This document shows positions 26,701 through 41,420 of a stretch of DNA of 64,000 nucleotides, one piece after another (the stretch's first letter is position 1; each line of letters opens with the position of its first letter). Location of the stretch: contig OZ316776.1 in the NCBI GenBank assembly GCA_973851085.1, positions 5,580,001-5,644,000 of the forward strand. Direction: 5' to 3'. The notes under the pieces are model-generated. The model searched no databases. It was not told where the DNA came from and was given only the letters and a program-made list of their open reading frames with translations. Position numbers and translations under genes: made by a program. This DNA is from Ptychomitrium polyphyllum (taxonomy: Eukaryota).

Positions 26701-29700
26701 TTGAGATCATCAATCCTGAAACCACAAGCTTATGAGCATGGAATCAAGCCTTATTTTAGAGTCAATTTTATCATTGTGAGTAAGAAGAAAAATCCAACTC
26801 TATACATGTTTATACATTTTTAATTCAGATTAATTTCAACTCACATAGATGGTCAAAATATCATGTATTTTTATCAAAAAATAATTTATGAAATCACTTT
26901 TCAAATATAGATTCTATTGGTTATTATTATTAAAAAGCTTATAAAAGGTTCCAACTTGGTTTCAAAATTTACTAATGAAACCATACCACTTATGCACTTT
27001 TATGCCACAATTACATCGCATGTCATGCTGTATATTCAAAATAGTTATCCTCATACAATCTTGTTTGTTAAATTTAAATTTTTAAACAAATTTTAAACCA
27101 CCAAATATACAAAAATCACAATCTCATTTTAAAGAAGTTATTGTTCCAAATTTTGATTATTATTATCATTAAGTTGCAATAATAGTGCTCAAAATTTAAG
27201 GATCTAATTACATAAAAATTGGATTAATGACCAAAATATAGGAAATGTCCAAATTCAAAGTAAAACATATATATTAAAATACATGTAAGTTTTGGCTCAT
27301 ACCCTTGGCCTTTTGAGGACCTAAGTGTTGAAAAATCTATCTTTGAGAATATAAATAGTGTGTCCCACAATACTTTGCTTACTGCAAAGAATGAAGAATG
27401 GAATTTACAAGAATGTCTTATTTCATCTATACATGTTTGATTTTTAAAAAATTGTCAAAATAAAGTTTTCAGTGTTGAAACAAGCAAACATGCACTTAGT
27501 TAAAGAAATGTGAAGATAAATAGTTAAAGAAATTGTATTACTGACACCAAATTACATTTGCCCCTCATGGTACATCTTAGCCTGCGTATAGATTGCTCGC
27601 AGGAAATTATTTTCTTGAGAATGAAATGTGTTCACCTAAATGGACTATTATAAACTTCCCACTGCACTGTCAAAAGAAGTTGTTGGAATAACTAATGAGT
27701 CCAAAGGGGTGCATGGGGCATCAAAGCAATGGACGGTCAAGAGAAGAGGAGGTGACATCAGCTTATAACATTTCACATAGCAGGACAGCAGTTGTACTGT
27801 TCAGGGCACTTCACATTGCACACCCACCCTTGCTTTCCATGACTAAGAAAAGTCAGAATGCTTCCATCCCTGCCTTGTCAGCTTGAACTTCATTCTCGAC
27901 CAGACCTTTGGCTCATTCCAAGGGAATGTTTGTTTATTTGGCAATGCACACAAGTTGCTTGTCTGAGCATGTGATGCTGCTATCCACAAAGTTATGACCC
28001 AGTGCTTACAGCAAATTGCAAGTTTACAGGCTTATACTGGGAGCCACTGATTGTTACCAAAAGATGAGCATTTGACTGCAATCAACTATAGAGCACTGTT
28101 GACCACCACATGCACCTTGATTCTCTCCTTCTATGATCAGTATGGCATCAAACTATTAAGCTATCATCATGAACTGCTGATATATATAAGGCATGAATAG
28201 AATGGCTAAGGATATTTCGTTTTTCAAGCTTTTAGAAATATGTAAACTATTTAGCAAGGAAGTATTTGACCTCTATTTCTTATTATAGAATTAGCATGTA
28301 TCAATGTTTAGAACAAAAAACAGTTCATATTTGAAAACTTGTAATGTATCTAAGATTTCATAGGTGCTAAATGTTTTGAAATATTTTGAATAAACAGAAA
28401 AGAGCTTTTGGAAAACATAGAAGAAATTTGCTTGATTCATTGATTAATTTTTTATTAAATTTTTTGTTATAAAATTCCAAATACATATATGATTTTTTCA
28501 ATTTTTTAAAATATCAAATAATTATCATGTGTTATTACTTGATCCTTTAGTAAAACCGTGATAATATTTAAAACCAGATGTTCTTAAGTTTTTAATAACT
28601 ATTGATTTTGAGTGCTTATTTCAAAAGAAAATTGAGTGCTTATTTCAATTTATTTTGAACTAATATTTTTTGTTACCTTGATGACATTGCAAGAAGAATT
28701 GGTCTAAATTAAAGGATAAAGATGAGCTTTATATTGAAGTTTAGGGATATTGTAGTCAAGGCTCAGAAGTGGCTCAATCCTTATATTTTATTGATTAAAA
28801 AGTTGAAGTTGGCTTCAACCACTTTAGATATCTAATTGAGTTCTTCATGAAATTTCTCAAATTTTAGATTTATCATCTTTTACGGCATTGTAGATTAAAA
28901 ACAATCCTTAAACAACCACCTTAAGAGAATCGTCTCTTTTAAAAAATGGACACAATATATGACTAAGGATAATTCAATTGGAACTATGAAATAAATGGAA
29001 TTTATGCATTTTATGAAATTCATGATATGCTCCGTAACTACTCTTGAAATACTAATTATTTTATTTTGTAAGGGCCCATATTACATTTATATGCATTTTG
29101 GACATTTTTGAAGGCTACCATAGACACAATAGATTTTGAATTTTATATGTAAAAAATTTAATTGCACCTTATATCTGTTCTTTTAAGCTTTTATATTTTT
29201 AGAATATATATTTTTTACCCTCCCTCCAACTAAGTCCTTGAATCCTAAATTATAAATATGTAAGCTTTTAGATTTTAGCAAGTTTGAAAGATGTGACTTT
29301 AATATTAAAAATTATTTGCAATTCTTTTGTAAATAGGAATATTTTGGTGCACCCATATATTTGATGACATTTGCTATGCTTCAAGTGAATTTACAAGGAA
29401 TTAAGTAGATTTCGAACATTAGAAGATACAAAATATGACAAGCAAATTTATACAAAGGTCAAAATAAAAAGAAGGTTAAATTTTAATAAGATAATTTGCA
29501 ACATATATATAACATGCTTATTACAAATTAAGAAAAAAAGACATTGAAAAATATATAATATGTTAGATAAACACAAATTTATCTATCCAATTATAATTTG
29601 TACAACTCAATTGTAGACTAAATTGTAGACTAAAAAGACATTGTTCCTACAAGTGCTCTACATGTTTTTTCTTTTCATTCATCAATCAAAAGAACAATTA

Positions 29701-30719
29701 TTGGATACACCACTATGAAAATACTACAATATAATGCATGTGCTCAAATTGAAAAGTTAAAATATTATTGTGATGTAAATCACTTAAGGATTAAATTACA
29801 TGTACTTGTGTACTTATTTTGTTATTTTAAGTGTATAATTAGGTTAATATTGATATAATATTATTTTCATTTATAACCTAGCTACATTAGTTGAAAAAGT
29901 TAGCAGAATAAATTAAGTGGGAGTAAGTGGATAATAAGAAAAAAAACACGTGGTTTGTATAATACTGAATTTTCAAGCAATTAAATGGTGGTGACTTCTT
30001 ATTAAATTGTATAATGGTGGCTTTTTGTTGGAATGCACATTATTGAGTTTCATAATGGCCAAATGGTTGTGGTTTCTTTTTGAACCGCATGGTGGTGACT
30101 TTTAACTACTAAAAGGTGGTAGCTTCTTTTTGACCTTCTTCAATGGTTTTTTTATTGGACAAAAAGTGACAAAGGGGTGATAAATTAAAGAATAAGAATT
30201 GAAGTGTTGAAGCATTTGAGTGAATGTTGAAATGAGGCATTTTTGTAAGGAATTTTTGTTGATGAATAATTGGAATGGATATGAAAGTGGAAGGGTGTTT
30301 TTTAAAGATTCAGTGTGTTGAAATGTATTTAGAAGATGTTGACAAACACTATGTGCATAAATTATTACATCTACCTTTAAATATTAAATTGGCAAAATAT
30401 ATGTTGCAGATTTTGAACCATTTGACGTAATTGAAGACGTTTTTAATATAAAAAATATGAGATTTGTGCTTTTAATAAGATTTAATATCATAATACTAAG
30501 TTTGAAGGCATAATGCTTGTTAAAATAGAAATTATAGAATTTTATACTAAAAAAGATTTAATAGGTCAAATTTAAAGTATTTGGTTGGTCTAGAATTACC
30601 TGTTACTTTCTTGAACCTACAAATTATAACTATATTTATTCTAAATACAGTAAACTATAATTTTCACTCAACAACTAGTGTAAATGAAAAATGGAACATG
30701 TGAAATTCAAGCATGCTAT

Positions 30720-31400
30720 TAACTACACCAAAAACATATATGATATGAACATTAATATCACATGAAAATTTGTCTTTACAATGTATATACTCAAATTATT
30801 CATACAACAATTGAATTTACATATTCCAATAATTGTGGACAAAACAATCAAGGTCATTTGCAAAATGATGGAGTTTCTAAGACAGTTTTGATCAAGAGCA
30901 ATAAGTCCTTGCAACCAAATAATCTAAAGCTCTGTGTAGAAGACTATGTACATTAATAAAACATTTTTTATCACAAATATGTTTTTAATCACCAAGTAAA
31001 AAATGAACCTATAAGTAAAAACATCCAAAATGAGCTAAGGTGAGTTATCTATTGCAAGTTATTTTGTAACAATAATGAATTATCATAAGTTAACATACCA
31101 ACTAATTCAAGTATCAAAGATTAGTCAATGACTTGGATTTTACTATCTCTAAAAGAATATAAAACAATAAATAAAAGATATGCTATCAAGTCCTTCTAAA
31201 AACCATAATTAACATCCTTCTATACACAAACATTACAAAAGTAGCAAGACTTGCAATAATGATCATATATCTATGACCATTGTTGGCTAAGACATAAATA
31301 AAGTTTTGAATTGTAATTCAACATCCTTCTATATATTAACATGAACCACTTTAATTGAGAAGCCTACACTATTTGAGACACTTTAACTCCTACATAATTT
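30720..31400 (-). mobile_element. Decayed hAT-superfamily (ZNF862-like) transposase fragment
   Basis: Minus-strand fragments KWFMLIYRRMLNY, MLIMVLEGLDSI and AH../DVFTY..VIK....LLMYI match, in order, motifs I recall from bryophyte hAT-like transposases (TRWISML..KRVL.EY; CMLPMLEGLN.LIKFAQ.RDVFI.DF..AVK....L..MY.D). Multiple stops and frameshifts. Confidence 0.45.
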
Positions 31401-34400
31401 AACATCTTGATTTTAGAAAATTAAATTAAATCACATCTTTATAAATCATGGATGATTGTAGAATTGAAAAAACCCATGTTCTTTTATATCTTAAGTGTAT
31501 TCAAAATGAGCTCTTTTAATTGAAGGTCATATTATTGGATAACCTACATTAAAGAGAAAGAGAAAGAAAAGTGTACCATGTCAGAGAGAGTCGAAAAGAT
31601 TTTTTTCAAAAATATATATGAGGTGGAACACTGCATTTTGATTCATCTTACTTCATTGCCAACTGTGTAGGCCAAAGCAGGGAGAAGCGCCACCCCCTTT
31701 CAAAGGGGAATGATTGTAGGGGCTTTCAGAAAGATACCTTAGCAAATACAAAGCAGATTAGAAACCCTTAGTGATCAGTGTTAAACCCAAACAGTTGGGA
31801 AAGATAGGAACACCAAACAAGCAGGGAGACACCAGAGAAAGAACAGACATCAATGAAGATTGTTGAGAAAGTAGGTGAAGATAAAGGCAATGTTTAGACT
31901 AGTCATGTATGCTGGCCTTTGGTTGGAGTTCTTCACTTGGTCAAGGTAAAGGCCCTCACCCACTCTACTTTTGGTAAGATCTGCAGTCAATGAATCAAGG
32001 TATACGAAACATTGGTATTGGATAGGCATATTAGATTACTTGTAAAATTTGTTGATGTATAACTTGTCTCAAGACTTAAGTTTTTCTTAACTTGTATATA
32101 ATAATGCCATATGTACAATAAGGATGTGTTGAGATATTGCAAAGGTTTGTAGTATTAAAGTCATCGAAAAATGTATGCAAAGAACTACTTGAAAATTTGT
32201 GTAAAAGAAAAGTTGTTGAAAGAAAAAGTAGTAAAATTAATTCATACTCTAATGGAGAATTATGTAAAACAGGGTCTTTTCACCAAATTCTCAAGTTTTT
32301 CATGCCTGTTATAGTACACAGGAAGGAAACAACCATCAATATGTCTTATATGACATTCTTGAGATTGAGTTTGGTATGCAAGCTCACATATACTAAAGAC
32401 TAGAGGGAGGGCACTAAAGGAGTATTCTTATATAGCTCTAATATTACAACAATTGTGGAAATTGGTGTAAAAAAACAAGAAATTAGTAAGGAACAATCTC
32501 ATACCACTATTTACAACACATTGTTCCAAAATGTCAAACTTTCAGGTGCTAACAGGTCAATGTACTGTACTTGGTATGCACAAGCCTAAGAAATCTATCT
32601 TATGAGCAGAATCGTGCAATACATAATAACCACATACCACCACAAGATGGCTTCAGCATGTAGGCCAATCATACAAAATGGGCCGCTGTAGCACACATTG
32701 GCAGATACTACCATCAAAATATCTTCCTCCTTGGTACACATTAAAAGTAAGATTTGGACCAGACCTGGACCAGACTTGGACCTGTCCAATCTATAGGATC
32801 ATATGTAATGAAATTCTTCAATACAAAAGGATGGAGTATCATTGGATTCGTTGGCTTGTCTAATTTGGTAATGTATCCACCAAGTGGAGTGCATTCAACA
32901 ATCATGCAGAACAAGATATTTTTTGGCTGCCAATAGGAGGTATCTATCTGATACAAGTTTGCAAATGCCTAAAGATTGGAGTCCATGTCAGATGATGAGG
33001 CATATTGGGTACTTACGCACATCTGGACACCAAAACGATTGGTCCTTACTCTATTCTGAGGAGGTGGGACCTTTGATGGGGGTGAGGATACAATGAGCTG
33101 CAGGCTAGCAATGCACTTATAGTTCCATGTTCTATTTTATGCTTATTAAATTGTGTGCAGCCTTTCATGGAACACATTGTCAACTCCTTCCATGCTCTTT
33201 TTAAGATTCACAAAATCAAAACTAGATAAGGGATGCCTAAAGTTAGATCTTCAAAATATTGTAAATTTTTTCATGAATTGTCATATAGACTTAAGAGAAA
33301 AAAAGTTTAATTGGTTGTCAAATTTGTTGTAATAGTTTTAAAATCATGATAATTAATATGTCAGTTATAATTAAAAGATTTTGTATTAAAATTATATTTA
33401 TAGCACTTACCTTATGAAGTTTTTCATTTATAAATTTGGCCTATAAACAAACTATTTATATTGTGAATTTGCAATAATATTAAGGCACCTAATTGTAGGT
33501 AGGAATGAGCATCTAAAATGCATTTATTATTGTAAATTAAAGCAAAGTTATAAATTAGTACAAGGCTCTCAATATTTCAAATGATAAAAATAAAATAAAA
33601 TAAAGTACAAGTAACATGTCTATAAAATTCAGCTTAAAATATCACGATTTTTAAATTTTTGAAAAAAAATTATTGTTGTATGCAATTTACTAAAGGTAGT
33701 TCATATGATTTAAATTTTGGTATTTTTTACAATATTATTATATTCATAGCCTATTAATTATGGTGGTCGTTTATATTATATATGAGATGCTTCAAAAACC
33801 GTTTTTTATAGTTTAAAATTTATCAACTACATTTTAAGATATTTTAAGAATTTTTTGTAATAAATAACATTCCATGGACTCCATTATTGCATTAAGAACT
33901 ATAACTTACATTTGAGATATATTTAATTGTGCACATTAATTGGCAATGTTTAACATTTAGAAGAAAATTAAAATATTATCACCCTTCTATTCTATAGTTG
34001 TTTATCATCATATAATTAAGCTTTGTTGCAAGGATATATAATCCTATGTACATTAGGAGAAGATGGATTTTGATACAAAAGAAAATTTTTACATTGAAAG
34101 TTTGTCAAAACCTTTCCAAAATTGCTTCCTTAAGTAAAATTTATGTAATTCAAAAAAATGAAAATAAGCTACTAAAATTAGTTGAAGAAGCATGTTAATT
34201 TGAGCACATTCAAAAATTTAAAAAGTAAAGTATTTTATTATTCCAAATAATCTCATTTAGGCTCTAAACCTTTTCAAAAATTATAATTAAATAATAATAG
34301 ATAAATATGGGCTTTTGTTATGTTTTTTAAAATTAAAATTCTAAAAACACATAAGATCAATTTTAAACTTTCAAACATCTATAGGCCTTTGCTTATTATA

Positions 34401-35207
34401 GGTTTGTCTAATGTTTATATAGTACCAGTGTTAAATTATTGGGCTCCATATTTGGATTCATTTTTTTGCAAATTCATTTTTCTATACATTTTTTTGCATG
34501 GTTCATGCAACAATATTTTTTATGGAAACAAATATCTAGTCTTCATTGTCATTGATTGATATACCATATTAATGTTAGTTTATAAATAAATATGATATCC
34601 ATGTTTGATTTGTGTTGCTTAAATGCATGAAGAGAAGCATAGACAAAATTTCACTGCAATGTATATTAATTAAATTGAAGGAAGAAAGAAGAAAATTGAC
34701 ATTAAGAAAAATGCAAACTTGGCAATAAGGGAAAAAAAATCCATCAACAAATTCAATATACTAGCAATGGGCCAAAAGCTTAATCAACAAGAAATATCTT
34801 AATTACACCACAAGCAACATCAAAATAAATGAATCAATGTTAAAAAGCAATGGTCAAGACAACAATAGCAAAAGTAATAGAAATAATAGTGGAGCTTTTA
34901 GATATTGAAGGTCTAAAAGAGCTTAATATTGAGTATGAATGTATACAAATAAAAAAGACATGATAGGCAAAGATAAGAGGCACATGGACTTTGAAAGTTC
35001 CATTAAAATTTCCTCAACAATGAAAGAAGAGGACTTTACTTAAGGTAATAAAAGCAAAATTTGTACATTCATTACAATAAAAATAACATCTTGGAAGATA
35101 TCCTATAAAGGCATAAATGTCCTTCATATATATTCATCTAAAACAAAAAATATTTAATAATAAGTTTCATAAAGGTTTAAATTCCATGCACATTTGAATG
35201 ACTATAA

Positions 35208-35839
35208 CTTTTTCCATCTTTTCTATTTATTTTCCATTTGTTTATTCACAAACTTCAATTCCAACTTCTTTCAATAACAGAAATCTACAACAATTGTGTG
35301 CATGTAAGTTCAATTTTTTTGAATAAGATATGCTTTAGATTGTAAAATAAGGTGTATGGTGGATAAAGTATTTCTATCAAATGGATATATAAAACCATGC
35401 CAAGATCATCTTATTACAATTAATTTTGAGGCCTATTTGAAGTTAACAAAATAAGCTTGAATACATATCTTTAAAGAACTAACCAAGTTATGTGCATCTT
35501 AAAAGTATTAATGTAGGGTATGTATAAAACATTTGAAAATAATTGTTATACATCACAACAATGGTTTAAAACCATATTGGTTTTGTTTTGCTTCAAATGG
35601 CCAATGGAGTGGATTGTGATGACATGATTTTGGCATGGTTTCACATATCCATAAGATAGAAACACATTATCCACCATACACCTTATCTTACAATTTAGAG
35701 CATCTCTTTAGGCAATCAGGCTTATTTTTAAAAATTGAATTAAAATGCATATATTTGTTGTAGATTTTTATTATTGCAATAAATTAAAGTTGAAGTTTGT
35801 GAATGATCAAATGAAAAAAAATAAAGAAGATGGAAAAAG
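35208..35839. mobile_element. Old fold-back / MITE-like inverted repeat
   Basis: 35208-35420 is the reverse complement of about 35613-35839 at roughly 80% identity (e.g. ATAAGGTGTATGGTGGATAA / TTATCCACCATACACCTTAT), with one indel and a ~190-bp spacer. No TSD found. Confidence 0.75.
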
Positions 35840-38266
35840 AAGAAAAAAAATAGAAGAAAAAAAAATAGAAATATCTTTGATAAATTTTTACACTTAATAA
35901 AGGCTGTAGTATTTTTAAAAGTTTAAAGAGATGCAATATTTGAACTTCTTAGGAATCCAATACCCAATTGTTGAAGTTCTTAGATGGCTAAAATAAAAAC
36001 TTGGTAAATAAGGTGCTCTCACTTTATATAAATTATATAATTGATTTTGTAAATATCTTAGTTGATAAGAAAATGATGAAAAATTGACATTACTTTCAAC
36101 AACCACAAAGCGACATACATTATATAACATCCTACCAAGGTATTAATAAATAATGATTTGAGCAACTTTAAAAAAAATTGATCTTGAATATTTTTAAGTA
36201 AAATTTGTTTAAATAGATTTGAAAACAAAATTGAATTTCTATAAAATCACATATTGTGTTTACAACAAATTATCATTTTATTCTATAGATTAAAACTCAT
36301 ATTTTGTCATTGTAAATTTAAATACCATATTTGTTTTTATTATTATTATTTAAACCATACTAATTCAACAAAATGTGAAGTTTTAAATTATAATGATGGA
36401 ACTGAAAACGTGATTGTTACATAAATGGAGTATTTCACTTTAGCCCTTAAAACCTTCCATCTATGACTTATTAATTTGAAAATATATAAAGATTAGATAT
36501 TGTATAAAACGCATTTCCAAAAAATAATACTTAAAATGATGCATTAACAAAAGTTGTAAAATTTGAAAGATTATATGTATGAAAGTTAAAATCTGAAATT
36601 TATTTTGAAAATGAGCACAACTAAAATAATGACAAGCTTTGAATGAAATTTGTTTTAATGAACTTAAAATAAAGTTTTATTAAGTGGAATGCTTATTTTC
36701 TATTGATTTCATTTTTACAATGTTAATTTTGTAATAAGACAAATATTATATTTCTTAATTTAAAATGCTTATAATATATTTATTAAAAAATAATCATACA
36801 CACTCATTTGATAAATTAGATTGTTGAAGCAATGCCCAAATATATAACTGAATTTTAATAATACACAATAAAAATTTATGTTTCATTTTTCTAAAACTAT
36901 GACCAAAATAAAACACATGAGATATTAAAAAACATATAATTTATTCAATTTCAAAAACTTTTTTTTTTTTTCGTTTATTCTAAAATGATTATATAAAAGT
37001 TTATTTATTGGTTGAAGTTTGTAAAGTCTCAAAATTAGAGTTCTAAGTGCTATTTATATTCATACTATGATTTTTCTAAAATTTTCATACCAATATAGAG
37101 GCCACGGTTTGACATGAATAAAGTAGAACCTTGTATTCTTTGTATTGATTATCTAAATAAACATGCTAAATTCCAGATTTTTTAAAGGATCTACAGAAAC
37201 AAAGTAACAGGATATTTCAAAAGATTCTATATTTATTTTGAATAAAACATAAAAAAGATTCACAAAAGTTCTGAATAAATTTAATGGAAAATCATGAAGT
37301 TTTACAAAGCATGGAGAGAACACAAGGCCATTGGTGAATCAACATTTTACTCATAAAATATAATATATACATTGTAATACAATTGTATTATATATATATA
37401 ATGTATAATATCATTGTAATACAATTTAAGCTTCTAAAAGTGCCTTTACAAATGTATAGTGTTTTTCATGTGTATATTTGTAAAAATGCCAGATATTGGG
37501 GAATCCTATAATGTAGTCTTTCACTTTATTGCAATAAACGAGCTGGCTGCAAGTATTGCGCTGACTATATGCAGTTAATGCTGAGTTGCAATTTTCCAAC
37601 TGCCATTTGTAAATCATTGATTCCATGTTTGAGAAGAACCTAAATTTGTTAAGTTTTAAAGGTGTTCCCTAATATTTATAACATTTTTATTTCTAGACAT
37701 TTTAAGCATTATTTTTCAATATCTTAGAACTGAAATAAGCTCTAAAATAATATATGGTAGAAATCACATGTTACAATATATTAAAATTATTATTTAGGTA
37801 TGATATAACATGTAAAAAGTAAATATTAAAATTTAGTTTTGAAAAACTTGTTTGTCAAAGCTCTACACCATGATGAACAATACACTATGTTTGTTATTAA
37901 TACTCCATTTACTAATTTTATATCCAAAGCTATAGCTTTTGTACACAGTTTTTATTTTTAACTAATTTTTTTTTCGTATTACAAGATTTTTTGTATACGT
38001 AATTGCCAAAAACATTCATCTTGCAATAAATGTCATAAGCATTTTAAAATCAATTAGTGTAAGTGCCATTACAATATTAATTTAAAAGATAATATAAATA
38101 TTGGTTCACTTCTTTTTCAAGTGATAAACTTTTGACCAAATGCATTATATTGCTCATCATTTTAAATTGAAGACACATTAATTATTTACTCAAGTAGAAT
38201 AATGTCCATGAACATGCAAATGTTCTTATCAATATCAAAGATTTTGGTATTACTCATGTAGGAGAA

Positions 38267-38557
38267 TGTTCATACATACTTGATAAAATAATCAGAATTC
38301 GTAGAAAATGTAGTCATCTTAAAATAATTAGTTCTAAGGAGGATAAGTGGTGTATTACAGTAGTAGTATGGGGTCATGCTAAAATAGGTAAGATTCCTCT
38401 TCTGAAGACTTTGATCATGATAAGAGCTGCTGTGAAGTAGGATAAGGTACAGTTCTTGTAGAGCTTTTTTTGGGTAGGATGTCAAAGGGTATATATATGT
38501 GCTAAGAATATAAGTTAACATTCTAATCATGGATGGCTCTGCAACAATATCCCTCAT
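38267..38557 (-). mobile_element. Possible LTR remnant with polypurine tract
   Basis: The minus strand reads TGAGGGATAT|TGTTGCAG at 38556-38539 (PPT-like then TG start), has a TATA-like TATATATA and ends ...GAACA at 38267. No partner LTR or TSD. Confidence 0.3.
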
Positions 38558-38864
38558 GAGTCAGGCTATTGTTGGATGCAGAGGATCAATTGAGAGGAAT
38601 TGATCAGTTGGAAATGAGGTGAACTTTCTTGTGGCAGCAGACCTAAACCAGGGACACTAAAATTGTAACATTAAGTCTTATAAAGGTCTCAAGGTGGAAC
38701 AGTCAATTACTACTGCAATGAAGATTGCCCCCTTTTGCACACATTGTGTAAATTTTGAATTAATTTTATATATTAAATAAGGCTAAAAGCGCATTGGAAT
38801 TAAAAACATTTTTGGATGAATTCTAAATTAATTATGATTTTTCAAAGGGCATTCTTGTAAAAGG

Positions 38865-39050
38865 TCAAAAACCATCATTAGATTAATCCATTAACCACCC
38901 AAACAACTAGTAACCATTACTCAATGAATGCACAATTATCCAAATCCTGTTCAATGATTATCATGCATCAAGCTTATGTTCATTCTAAGTTTTCTTTCCA
39001 AAACTAATATAGATACATTTCATGATTCCATTTGTACCCAATTTAAATCT
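38865..39050 (+). repeat. Diverged copy of the sequence forming the 16-18 kb inverted-repeat arms
   Basis: CAAACAACTAGTAACCATTACTCAATGAATGCACAATTATC...CCATTTGTACCCAATTT aligns with 16211-16385 (CAACAACTAGTAATCACCATTTAATGCGTGCATAATCACC...CCATTTACACTTAATTT) with many transitions. Confidence 0.6.
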
Positions 39051-40894
39051 TTTACCTCCACTTATCAAGCCTAAACTACTAACAATAAAATTTTGTTGGT
39101 TTATGGTGATATATATGGTGGTTTTAAGTATTTATTAATTAGAGACTATGAATCTTGAATGATAAAAAGTTGATTTATTATAAATGCAAGAAAAGAATGC
39201 AAATTAAATCTATTGCCTAAATTACCAAAATGGACTCTATTAAAATTGGTAACTACCAAACATGGAGAATACCTCCAAATGAAAACTCAATATGAAAGAA
39301 AAACGTACTAAGACAATTTATAAACTACCAAATAGAAACTAAATACAACTTAATTAGTTTGTAAGAGAAACACTTCAATAAAGTCAAAGGGAAACATAAT
39401 CAAAGAAAAATACACCACACCCTCAACTGTCTTGATTGAGGGTTTGAAAATTAGGTTTTCAAATCCTATAATTATAGATCTATAGTAAAATCCCTAAAAT
39501 AAATTAGGATTGTAAAATCATAAAACTAGCATAAAATTGTCAAAGAAAAAATATTTAATTTCCAAAATGATTGATTAGAAAAATGTCCTTCAACCTTATA
39601 TTTAAGACCATTGATTTTGAATAGAAATTTTTCAAAACACATACATTGTGATATTGTATAGATTCAAATAAAATACAAAATTATCCAATTAATCTATACA
39701 CGCAATTCAGCAATAAATTTTTTAAGAGATATAATAAATACACCAAACACATAACTTCTAAGCTTGTAATATTATATGATTCATACAAGTTTTTATCAAA
39801 GAAACTATAAAGAATGAATATCAAAATGTGTTGGTGCATTGTTATTAAAATTAATATCTCAAGAAAAATATAAAAAATAAAAATAAACTCTTTAAATTTT
39901 AGAAATAAAAAGAATACAATCAAAATTATTATACAACATTGATGCTTTAGATTTTCTTTTGACAAGCACCTTTTATCATTACATCTATTTAAAAGACCTT
40001 TATAATCTATTCAATTGACAACTGCAGTGACTCAATTTTTTACCACTACTAGGATAGACATTGCTTTGCATTTTCTTATAAAATTATATTATGTTTTAAC
40101 TTGTACATAAATAGAAGCAATTATTTTAAGCTGTGTAGATTAGCACTGAAATTTTCAATTGCATAAGATCTCAAAACTTATCATAATGGCTTGTTGAAAT
40201 ATGAGTTTTAGCAAATTTGGCTTAGATGTCTTTTTATTTCAAAAAAAATACTGCATTTGTTATTGAGAAATGTTGTTGCCAAATACCTAAAGGATTGATA
40301 CTTTTCTCATTCAAAAGTATGAAGTTTGTTTTTTAAGTGAATACTTTTAAAAGTGAATGAAATCTTGTTATATAAAAATATGTGCTTTAGTCATATATAT
40401 AAGTGAAGTGGAAAAAGAGGCCAAATTACAAATGACATGAATCAAGAAAAATGTTGATTTTACAATAATTCTATTGTGTAGATTTGCAAAGAAATGATTG
40501 AGGTTTTGATTGGAGTTTATAAATCTATAGATTTCATTTTTACATGTTCAAGAATCAAAAGTTTAAATCTTTTTTCACACAAAACATTAGACATAAAATA
40601 TAGCATAGCAAAAAGTACCATAAACGTACTAGGTGCAAAATTTTGATTAATAACACATTATGATTTTTTCTCTTAAAAATTGTTGAAAAGTAATATTTGT
40701 AGATAGAATTAGGCCTAATTAATGCAAAAGGGCCAAATTAAGGATGTAGTTGATCTTTAAAGAGATCTTAGTGTAATTTGGACAGACGTTCATAGCCTCT
40801 GATGGCTAAGTATAATAAATAGAGAGAATCAAAAAAAAAGGAATAAGTTGCCAAAATCAGACAAATAGAAAGTGAGGTAATTAGGTAAGGAGTT

Positions 40895-41270
40895 ACTATT
40901 GATTAGAATAGTAGCTAAAATTAAAATAGGAGCTGAAGCTTAGGAATAATAATTAAATTTAAAATAATAGCTAAAATAGATTAATATCTAAATTAGAATG
41001 GCTGCTAAAAATTAAAAATAGCCGAAATTAGAACGGAAACTAAATTTGTAACAGCTGCCAAAATCTAGAAAATAATTATATTTAGAATATCAATTATATT
41101 TAGAACAATAGCTAAAATCAAATAATATAGCTAAATTTATAATAATGATTAAATTTAGAATTATTACTAAATTTATAACAATAGCTATATTTAAATCAGT
41201 AGCTGAAATCTACAAAATTAGATAAATTTAGATCAGGAGCTGAATTTACATTAGCAGCTACATTTAGGAG
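40895..41270 (+). repeat. Degenerate ~18-bp tandem array (consensus about AAATTTAGAAYARTAGCT) inside the older LTR
   Basis: About 20 diverged units with recurring AAATT(T)AGAA...AGCT. Confidence 0.75.
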
Positions 41271-41420
41271 CAAATCAAAGTATGGATTAGAATCAAGTGG
41301 CCTAAAAATTTCAGCCAATGGAAATGGAATAGAGTAGTGAGGTTCATTATAAAAGAGGAAGTAAGGAAACAAACAAGAGAGTTTTTTGTAAGCAAAGTTT
41401 ACTTGGAAGCACACTATTAG

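Noticed and set aside
30311..31633. CAGTGT...ACACTG as hAT TIRs around the transposase fossil
   Set aside because: The match is only 6 bp and the 8-bp flanks (TAAAGATT vs CATTTTGA) differ.
31694..31708. CCCCTTTCAAAGGGG palindrome as a Helitron 3' hairpin
   Set aside because: No CTRR terminus at the expected distance on either strand.
37362..37425. AT-rich palindrome and short duplication (TAATACAATTGTATTA)
   Set aside because: Low complexity; expected in very AT-rich DNA.
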